Virus record (IMG/VR): IMGVR_UViG_2713896899_000015
Reading direction: 5' to 3' (one strand)
Length of the DNA: 15,377 bases
From: a virus
Taxonomy: Duplodnaviria; Heunggongvirae; Uroviricota; Caudoviricetes
In this document: positions 8,202 through 14,138 of the stretch, one piece after another
How the letters are laid out: each line of letters begins with the position of its first letter
Numbering within the stretch: position 1 is the stretch's first letter
Position numbers and translations under genes: made by a program
Notes under the pieces: model-generated
What the model was told of the DNA's origin: nothing
Databases searched by the model: none
What the model saw: only the letters and a program-made list of their open reading frames with translations

Positions 8202-8401
8202 GAAGGTTTTCTCGTATTGGTTAAGATTCAGGACGTGAAACCAACACGGAGGGAGCGCCGCCCGACACTCTCGGCATCTCGCAGATCAACCCGGCATCGC
8301 GCAGGGGGTCAGGCGGCATTGTGGCGGCTCACGTCTGAGTGCCACACGCCAACATATACATAAAAATCAGTATGTAAACATCAGCCAGAATCACCGAACA
8401 A

Positions 8402-8470
8402 CCTGGAACAACCACGAACAAATAATTTACAAAACCTGAAAAAAAGACCTGAAAAAAAATCTAGGCCTTT
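8402..8470. repeat. 3 x 10-bp phased units caccgaacaa / cctggaacaa / ccacgaacaa (8402-8431) plus tandem 13-bp acctgaaaaaaa(g/a) x2 (8445-8470), in the capsid-upstream intergenic gap
   Basis: Near-identical to the array at 201-230 (shared 17-mer ccacgaacaa...). Located in the 275-bp noncoding gap 8202-8476 upstream of the capsid gene. Candidate activator-binding site or late promoter. Confidence 0.7.
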
Positions 8471-8476
8471 ATCGCT

Positions 8477-8725
8477 TTATTGTTTCACTGGATCCCGCAT
8501 TCTGCGTCTTATTTTCCACAGATATTCGATCATCGCTTCCACCTGCTCACGGTTGGTTGCGAAAATTTCCCCGGTCAGTGAGCTGCGCAGAAAATCATGA
8601 TGATCCACAACAAACAACGCATCGGAAGAAAGCAGACGGCGATATTTTTTTGCTGTCGTGGTTTCCAGATCATCAAAACCATGAAACTTTTTATGTTGCT
8701 GAACTTCTTCAAATGTCACTGGCAT
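8477..8725 (-). CDS. Hypothetical protein (82 aa)
   Basis: ATG at 8723-8725 with a GGGGG Shine-Dalgarno 5 nt upstream. Overlaps the ProQ/FinO gene stop by 10 nt. No recognisable motif. Confidence 0.55.
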   Translation of the reverse strand: MPVTFEEVQQHKKFHGFDDLETTTAKKYRRLLSSDALFVVDHHDFLRSSLTGEIFATNREQVEAMIEYLWKIRRRMRDPVKQ

Positions 8726-9246
8726 GTATCCCCCTTTGCTGCCCGGCGCTGGCGCTTGTGCTTCTCATTCAGCGCCATCAGCCGCGTTTCTGCCTCCTGC
8801 TGTTCCTGTGGTGTCACTTCCCCACATGGCTGGCCTTTCAGGTCGTAGCGTACCCCACCAGCTATTAAGGCGCGGTAATAGCGCGGAGACTGCGCATAGG
8901 ATGCCAGCGTCGCACGTAATGCCCCCGGCCCGAATGTCAGCCCCCTGGCGGCGATATCCTGCATCAGGTCGTCGAATATCCCCACCTTAAGCGGCTTCGG
9001 TGCTTCCCGGCTGAATAATTCTGGCCACAATTCAATAAGGCGGTTAACGCGTCTGCGGTTTTTGCGCTGGCGTTTGGTCATATGCCGCCACGCTGTCGCC
9101 CCTGTGGGTTTCTGCTGTGCGTTCTGATTGCCGGGTATCACTTTATGCGCCGATGTGGTTTTATCCTGCTGCTGTGCCGCCTGCGGTATTTTCTGCGGCG
9201 TGCCGTAAATGCCTTTCGGTTTTCGGTTAATGGTCATCTTTGTCAT
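8716..9246 (-). CDS. ProQ/FinO-domain RNA-binding protein (176 aa; alternative start at 9237)
   Basis: C-terminal half KPLKVGIFDDL...LRATLASYAQSPRYYRALIAGGVRYDLKGQPCGEV aligns by eye with E. coli ProQ (RPLKIGIFQDL...LRSALRLYTSSWRYL...RVDLDGNPCGEL). Basic, low-complexity N-terminus. Confidence 0.85.
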   Translation of the reverse strand: MTKMTINRKPKGIYGTPQKIPQAAQQQDKTTSAHKVIPGNQNAQQKPTGATAWRHMTKRQRKNRRRVNRLIELWPELFSREAPKPLKVGIFDDLMQDIAARGLTFGPGALRATLASYAQSPRYYRALIAGGVRYDLKGQPCGEVTPQEQQEAETRLMALNEKHKRQRRAAKGDTCQ

Positions 9247-9282
9247 GCCTTCCCCTGTAATAACTCTGTTCGCTGTTGTGAA

Positions 9283-9708
9283 TTAAAACGGTATGTTGTC
9301 CCCGTACGGATCATCGTGCTGGCCTGTCTGTTGTTTTGCCCTGTTCAGTGCGTCAGTGGCCTGGCCCTGTTGACCTTTTTTGCCGCCCGGTCGCGCCGTT
9401 CGCGCACTGATTACGCTGTCTGCAATAACCTGCCAGCCCTGCCGCGTTTCGCCGTTCTGCCCTGTCCACTGGCTTACCTGCATGTTACCCACCACGCTCA
9501 CCAGTTCGCCTTTGCGGTGTTTTGCCAGTGCGTCGGCCTGTCTGCCAAACGCCAGGACAGATAACCACATCGTCGCCGTTCCGTCATCTGCCTGGCTGCA
9601 CGGCAGGGGAACCGCCATACTCGCCATCGCCATTTGTGTCCCCTTGCTGGTGGTCTTTAACTGCGGGTCAGCCACCAGCCGCCCGTAAGCCGCTATCTGT
9701 GCTGTCAT
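9283..9708 (-). CDS. ssb: Single-stranded DNA-binding protein (SSB), 141 aa
   Basis: OB-fold pattern GRLVADPQL...W.SVLAFGRQA..LAKHRKGELVSVVG.MQVSQWTGQNGETRQ, Gly/Gln-rich linker, and C-terminal acidic tail DDPYGDNIPF (the SSB DIPF signature). Confidence 0.85.
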   Translation of the reverse strand: MTAQIAAYGRLVADPQLKTTSKGTQMAMASMAVPLPCSQADDGTATMWLSVLAFGRQADALAKHRKGELVSVVGNMQVSQWTGQNGETRQGWQVIADSVISARTARPGGKKGQQGQATDALNRAKQQTGQHDDPYGDNIPF

Positions 9709-9770
9709 GCTGTCTGTTCTCCGGTTTTAACGTTGATGGTTACGCTTGTTTACACCCTTACGGTGAAATT

Positions 9771-9919
9771 CTGCGGGTTATAATCGCGCTTTTGCGGGTT
9801 ATAACTGCCGTTTTGCGGGTTATTTTGGGTATTTTGCGGGTTACGATTTTTCTTTCATTCCTTTAATAATCAAATGGATACTGATTTATCCACAGAAATA
9901 ACCCGCATAACCCGCAAAA
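9771..9919. repeat. Iteron-type replication origin (cluster B) immediately downstream of the primase gene
   Basis: Four forward iterons tgcgggtt(at) at 9772, 9793, 9814 and 9835, exactly 21 bp apart. AT-rich core 9845-9896. Two contiguous reverse iterons ataacccgca / taacccgcaaaa at 9897-9919. Sits between primase stop (9945) and ssb start (9708), as in PICI pri-rep-ori. Confidence 0.65.
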
Positions 9920-9944
9920 TTTTCACTCTACACGCGAGAAAAAA

Positions 9945-12080
9945 TTAATCTTCTTCGCTTTCTGGCTGGAACATCAGCACGTAAAAAACATGCTGCTTCC
10001 CCCCAATTTTGCCGAGCGCCTTTTTCTTGTAACGGCGATCGTTACCCGCTTCCAGCATTCCGGCAGCACTCAACGCGCGGGCAAAGTGAGACGGATTAAA
10101 TCCCTGTGCTATCTCACCCTCAAATACATGCGGGAATGTGTAAAAACGGAACTCGTCATCTTCGTTTCTGATACTCCCCTTTCTGTATCCGGCAAGCTCT
10201 TTAATCGGTAAATCACGCTCGTCAGAGTTGGGCCAGGGAAGGTATCTGCTGAATCCGAACGACGCTAAAAAAGCCTCTGCCTGTTCAACCATCTGTTTAA
10301 ACTCCCTGTTACCCGTGCCGAACTCCTTCACCCAGGCATTAAAATTATGCTGTATGGCATCGCGGCATTCCTGCTCATCCCAGCCAGTAACATGACCTGA
10401 AAGCACAAGCGCGGCCTCCAGTATGGCAAATCGCTCCCCCACACGGTGAACCTGTTCGCCGTAGCTCTCCGGTATCAGGTTGCGCCACCGCTCACGGCAT
10501 GTCCTTACCGTGTCCTTTGCCTCCTGCTGGTGTTCTGCCAGCCATTTAACCCACTCACGACCCGCTGCCCCGTGATTTTCTGTCCAGGCATCCTTTAACG
10601 CGTCTGCGTGCGCCTTTCCGGTGCTGTATTCGTGAAATTGTGTGGCTTTTTCCATCGGCACGTTAAGCAGACGGACAAGCTGCCCCGCTTTAATTTTTAT
10701 CCCTTCCGTTTTGAGGAATGTTTCAACGTCCATTTCTCCGGTACTGATTGCCACCGTGCGCCAGTGTTTGATCTCCCTGTTGCCGCCGTCCTTCGCCCCC
10801 TGTAATTTCCCCGAACCGTTAAACAGCGTATAAGCCGACGTGGACACTTCCCGCGCGTTTCCGGCCTGACCTATTTCATCCAGGGGTAACAGCCCGTCAT
10901 TGTGCGCCTCTGCCTCGTTGGCGATGCCTAACGCTGTACCGTACCAGGTCAGCCGTTGCGCGTCCGGCTCTCCCCATAAACTGGATGCGATGTTCTGTGT
11001 GGTGGTTTTCCCTGCCGATGACTGTTCGAAAAGATGTACCCCGAAGCCGTCAGCACCCACCAGCCCGATTAATGGTGCGGATAATGATACCGCCACACCC
11101 AGCATCATGGACGGATTACCACCAGCCAACCGCGCAACGGTATCGCGCCAGCCCTCCGCCGTTCCTGCCACGGAATAACCATTAACAGCGGCAGTTTTTC
11201 CGGTAAACAGGACTGGCTTTTCGCAATCACCAATGACCGAACCGTCCGGCATGATGTACGCGCCAAAATGCCAGCCCGTTGTTGTGCTTAACTGCCATTC
11301 CTCATGGTTTCCGCTTAACTGCATCCAGTCAGCCAGGATAGCCCTGTATTTACCGTTGGTTGTCACATTCAGTCCGTGGTCTTTCAGCAGCCGCCAGCCG
11401 TCACGGTCGCCAATGCCCCCACACGGGATCGCCATTGTGATGACTTCATGGTTTGCTGGTTTTTTCCAGCGCATCACGCGGTAATGCTCTTTGCCGATTG
11501 TCCCCGTTCCCAGTAGTTCAAGCGGGGAACATAACCACGTCTCAGGCCGGATAATTTCGCCTGACTGCTTATCCACTTTTGGCGTTACCCAGAAAACACC
11601 ATCGGCACGGCTTTCAACGCGGGGCTTTAATTCATCATCACCCGGGCTTGTGGTGGTTTTTTTCTTTACCGGAAGTTTAATTACCAGATCTGCAGAAAGA
11701 TTCTGACGCTCAACGTTCAGATAGCGCCGCCAGTTCTCGCATTTCTGACCGTGCATTCCTTCAGGGTAAAAATTCGCATCCTGAATATCTGCCGCCGCCA
11801 GCTTCTGACCGATCTTTTTGGTCTCCACTAAATCCAGTTCTCCGGCCTGGTACAGCCTTACGCGTTTTTTCCCATCCGGAACAATTTTCAGCGCATCAAG
11901 TTCGGCAAGCTGATTTGGCCCAAGCCACACAGGCGGCACATCATCGCCAGATGCGGGGCCGTCCTGCTCCTGCCACTGTTTTGCATGTGCCCACGCATCA
12001 CTACCCGCGAAAATAATTACCTCTGTGTCTTTGTGTTTTATTCCGCGTGGTTGTTTTTTTACGTTCGGTGCCAGTTTCAT
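9945..12080 (-). CDS. Replication initiator, primase/helicase-type (PICI Pri-Rep / P4 alpha-like), 711 aa
   Basis: Large multidomain protein with a P-loop (SSAGKTT) in the central region. Directly upstream of the iteron origin. ATG at 12078-12080 overlaps the preceding gene stop (ATGA). Domain family not verified by search. Confidence 0.75.
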   Translation of the reverse strand: MKLAPNVKKQPRGIKHKDTEVIIFAGSDAWAHAKQWQEQDGPASGDDVPPVWLGPNQLAELDALKIVPDGKKRVRLYQAGELDLVETKKIGQKLAAADIQDANFYPEGMHGQKCENWRRYLNVERQNLSADLVIKLPVKKKTTTSPGDDELKPRVESRADGVFWVTPKVDKQSGEIIRPETWLCSPLELLGTGTIGKEHYRVMRWKKPANHEVITMAIPCGGIGDRDGWRLLKDHGLNVTTNGKYRAILADWMQLSGNHEEWQLSTTTGWHFGAYIMPDGSVIGDCEKPVLFTGKTAAVNGYSVAGTAEGWRDTVARLAGGNPSMMLGVAVSLSAPLIGLVGADGFGVHLFEQSSAGKTTTQNIASSLWGEPDAQRLTWYGTALGIANEAEAHNDGLLPLDEIGQAGNAREVSTSAYTLFNGSGKLQGAKDGGNREIKHWRTVAISTGEMDVETFLKTEGIKIKAGQLVRLLNVPMEKATQFHEYSTGKAHADALKDAWTENHGAAGREWVKWLAEHQQEAKDTVRTCRERWRNLIPESYGEQVHRVGERFAILEAALVLSGHVTGWDEQECRDAIQHNFNAWVKEFGTGNREFKQMVEQAEAFLASFGFSRYLPWPNSDERDLPIKELAGYRKGSIRNEDDEFRFYTFPHVFEGEIAQGFNPSHFARALSAAGMLEAGNDRRYKKKALGKIGGKQHVFYVLMFQPESEED

Positions 12081-12364
12081 TTCTTACCCCCTGCGACCAG
12101 CATTTCACGGATTTTGCGGATATAGCTTGCTGCACGTTTCTGATTTACGGCTTTACGATGGCCCACCAGCGTGAAATCACGCCGGAATTGATAAACAGGC
12201 ATCACGCAGTCATATTCGTAACCTTCACGGCGGTAGGTGATGCGCCGTTCTGCCACGCCTTTAATCGTTACCATGCCGCCATATTTATCGCGGTAAATAT
12301 CGCCGTTCATAAATTCAGGACGAGCGGGGCCGCTGGCAGTAACGCCAGAATTTTTATTTTTCAT
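12077..12364 (-). CDS. Hypothetical protein (95 aa)
   Basis: ATG at 12362-12364, GGAG upstream, ATGA coupling to the primase gene. Basic. No recognisable motif. Confidence 0.6.
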   Translation of the reverse strand: MKNKNSGVTASGPARPEFMNGDIYRDKYGGMVTIKGVAERRITYRREGYEYDCVMPVYQFRRDFTLVGHRKAVNQKRAASYIRKIREMLVAGGKK

Positions 12365-12369
12365 GTTTT

Positions 12370-12597
12370 TTATTCTCCGGTGTGCTGCGCTTTATTATTC
12401 TCGTGAATTGCCATCACTGTATTTAATTCATTAATTACTGGCGTTAATAATGTGTGCACGGCAGAAAACATCATGGGATATGATTCATCGCCATTTTCCT
12501 GCACTTCCATTAACTTAAGTAATAATGCCTCCATTTCCTTTGCGCGGATTAATGCGTTTTCAGAATGAACAAGAACATCAAAGGGTATTTTATGCAT
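12370..12597 (-). CDS. Hypothetical protein (75 aa)
   Basis: ATG at 12595-12597 overlaps the upstream gene stop (ATGCATAA). Helical-looking, acidic. No recognisable motif. Confidence 0.6.
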   Translation of the reverse strand: MHKIPFDVLVHSENALIRAKEMEALLLKLMEVQENGDESYPMMFSAVHTLLTPVINELNTVMAIHENNKAQHTGE

Positions 12598-12793
12598 GAC
12601 TCACCCCCTGACGAATACGGGCGGCGAATACCATCACGCAGCCAGCCGGGGATTGCTGGCGTGCTTCCTGTTCGCTGGTGGCCTCAATGGTAATCACGCG
12701 CGGTTGTGCCGTGCTCAGGGCGATAAAACGCCAGATATATTTATTCAGGTTGTGCGAGTCCCGCCCTTGCGGGTGTGTGGTATGATTTAACAT
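12590..12793 (-). CDS. Hypothetical protein (67 aa), first gene of the leftward replication operon
   Basis: ATG at 12791-12793 preceded by a strong GAGGT Shine-Dalgarno. The 306-aa ORF in the track is this frame extended upstream through the divergent promoter and RHH gene, which is judged spurious. Confidence 0.55.
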   Translation of the reverse strand: MLNHTTHPQGRDSHNLNKYIWRFIALSTAQPRVITIEATSEQEARQQSPAGCVMVFAARIRQGVSHA

Positions 12794-12992
12794 AGCTACC
12801 TCGATACGCTTTCTATCGTTGGTGGTTAGAAGCCCTGCGAGTGATAACGACACTTGCGGGGCTTTGCATTTATGCACCTTGACAACCTCAAGGTGTGGCC
12901 CACTATATTCTTTAGGTGTGGCCCACGTCAAGAGTTTTATTTGTGCTTTTTCTGTGTATACTGTCCCCCACCAATCCAACAGAGGAATAGAA
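12794..12992. promoter_or_regulatory. Divergent promoter/operator region between the replication operon (-) and the RHH gene (+)
   Basis: Consensus -35 TTGACA at 12879-12884 with candidate -10 TATATT at 12904-12909 (19-bp spacer). Two perfect 13-bp direct repeats aggtgtggcccac at 12891-12903 and 12914-12926 overlap the -10 and start region. TATACT at 12957-12962. GAGG Shine-Dalgarno before the RHH ATG. Confidence 0.5.
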
Positions 12993-13172
12993 ATGGCAAC
13001 GGGTACAACAAACGCAAAATCACAAGCTCTAAAGGCTCGTGTACCACACGAAATAGTAAACGCCATGGAATCAGTGAAAGAATCAGGCGAAAGCACATCA
13101 CAATTCATCATTGCGTCAATGCAAGGCGAGATCAAACGCCGCCAGCGACGCAAAGCCAAGGAGTCAGAATAA
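12993..13172 (+). CDS. Ribbon-helix-helix (CopG/Arc/MetJ-like) DNA-binding protein, 59 aa; candidate island repressor/regulator
   Basis: ATG at 12993 with GAGGAATAGAA Shine-Dalgarno. Sequence KARVPHEIVNAMESVKESGESTSQFIIASMQGEI fits the RHH pattern (beta-strand RVP, helix, G.S.S..I, helix). Confidence 0.65.
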   Translation: MATGTTNAKSQALKARVPHEIVNAMESVKESGESTSQFIIASMQGEIKRRQRRKAKESE

Positions 13173-13229
13173 TCACTATCAGCGCCGTGGTGTGAGTAAC
13201 TACGGCGCATTGCTATGCAGGTGCTTACC

Positions 13230-13409
13230 ATGAACGATAAAGAGTTAAAAAAAACACCACCACAAACACTGAAAGGACAGCGCAAAAAGATAGCGCATGA
13301 GCATGAATCAGAAAGATTCGCCCCCTGTTCTTTTGCTCTTGAGAAATTCCTTAAGGAGCACAAGAAAAAGCTATCATTGCAAACCAGGGAACGAACCGAA
13401 TCTGACTGA
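13230..13409 (+). CDS. Hypothetical small Lys-rich protein (59 aa), co-transcribed with the RHH gene
   Basis: ATG at 13230 with AGGTG 6 nt upstream. Followed by an intrinsic terminator. A stem gcgccgt/acggcgc (13182-13208) lies between the two genes. No recognisable motif. Confidence 0.4.
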   Translation: MNDKELKKTPPQTLKGQRKKIAHEHESERFAPCSFALEKFLKEHKKKLSLQTRERTESD

Positions 13410-13473
13410 TCACATTGCCCACCAGCCAGCAAATCGCTATGATGTTCGGGCTTATGTTTAGTGTTTTCCCATT

Positions 13474-13501
13474 GGCGACCGCCCCCGGTCGCCTTTGTTT
13501 T
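13474..13501 (+). terminator. Rho-independent terminator of the RHH operon
   Basis: Stem ggcgaccg (13474-13481), loop cccc, stem cggtcgcc (13486-13493), then tttgtttt. There is no U-tract on the other strand, so it is unidirectional. Confidence 0.7.
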
Positions 13502-13520
13502 ATGTGTCATATACTCCCCT

Positions 13521-13730
13521 TTACGCTGCCTTGCCTGAATTAATGCGATCCCGGCTTTTAACCCATTCCATAACCTCGGACAGCAGCCAACCTACAGAAC
13601 GACCGCCCAGATTAAGGCGTGACGGAAATCGCCCTTTTTTCTCCAGTTCGTAGCGTGTAGTGCGACACACTCCAGTTAACTTACGACATTCATCCTCACG
13701 GATTACGCGATCTTCATTTATTTCACGCAT
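13521..13730 (-). CDS. alpA: AlpA-family (MerR/excisionase-like) transcriptional regulator, 69 aa
   Basis: LTGVCRTTRYELEKKGRFPSRLNLGGRSVGWLLSEVMEWVKSR matches the AlpA/Xis helix-turn-helix pattern (..T.Y.....G.FP....LG.R.VGW...EV.EW...R). ATG at 13728-13730 with AGGT Shine-Dalgarno. The track's longer ORF starts at a GTG (13817) with no Shine-Dalgarno. Confidence 0.8.
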   Translation of the reverse strand: MREINEDRVIREDECRKLTGVCRTTRYELEKKGRFPSRLNLGGRSVGWLLSEVMEWVKSRDRINSGKAA

Positions 13731-13817
13731 ACAAAAACCTACATAAAAATTACGTATATAAACTTTTCTCTTAGCTGTAGATATATGAGATCGGATATTA
13801 CTTAGATTCTTTTTCAC

Positions 13818-14138
13818 CTCTTAAATTAAAAACACAACCTTGCTAAAGGCTTGTTCGCTAAGGTTCGTAGAAGCTCGTTAGTGTTTAAAATCGTGTCACG
13901 AGTTTTTAAGCGACGCAACAAAAAATGTCGTCACTTGGCATTACGCTTGAATTATCTCATTAAAAACAAATAGATAAATCATCAGGTATTGGAACAATCA
14001 AGAAATAGCTAATAAGGGTTTAGTAGGGTGCATTTCAATTTTTTCGATGGTTGACAAATAAAAAATTAACGAACTTGACCGATATTTAGCGTTTTATTCA
14101 CGGCTGTAATCTCTTAAAGAAAAAACAGCCGTAATTTG
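13818..14138. promoter_or_regulatory. AT-rich int-alpA intergenic region with inverted repeat acggctgt-N17-acagccgt (14100-14132); probable alpA promoter/operator
   Basis: 321-bp gap at about 70% AT between the int stop and alpA. Contains TTGACA at 14051-14056 (+) and TTGACA on the minus strand at 14133-14138, plus an 8-bp-arm inverted repeat. No confident -10/-35 pairing could be resolved by eye. Confidence 0.3.

Noticed and set aside
456-9919. Possible CRISPR array, from the short repeated GCGGGTTAT units
   Set aside because: Units are only 9-10 bp, occur in both orientations around AT-rich cores, and have no uniform spacers. This is iteron-origin architecture, not CRISPR.
1865-11706. Numerous 60-190 aa ORFs on the + strand (e.g. 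4435-5004, 9082-9564, 2169-2651)
   Set aside because: All are antisense to, or out of frame within, well-supported minus-strand genes. They have biased low-complexity translations and no start signals.
12590-13510. 306-aa minus-strand ORF spanning the RHH gene and divergent promoter
   Set aside because: Cys/Ser-rich, low-complexity translation that runs antisense through a well-supported + strand gene and promoter. Only its last 67 codons (from ATG 12793, with strong Shine-Dalgarno) look like a gene.
13731-13817. Longer AlpA ORF (98 aa) starting at GTG 13817
   Set aside because: No Shine-Dalgarno before the GTG. AlpA-family proteins are about 70 aa, and the ATG at 13730 has an AGGT Shine-Dalgarno.
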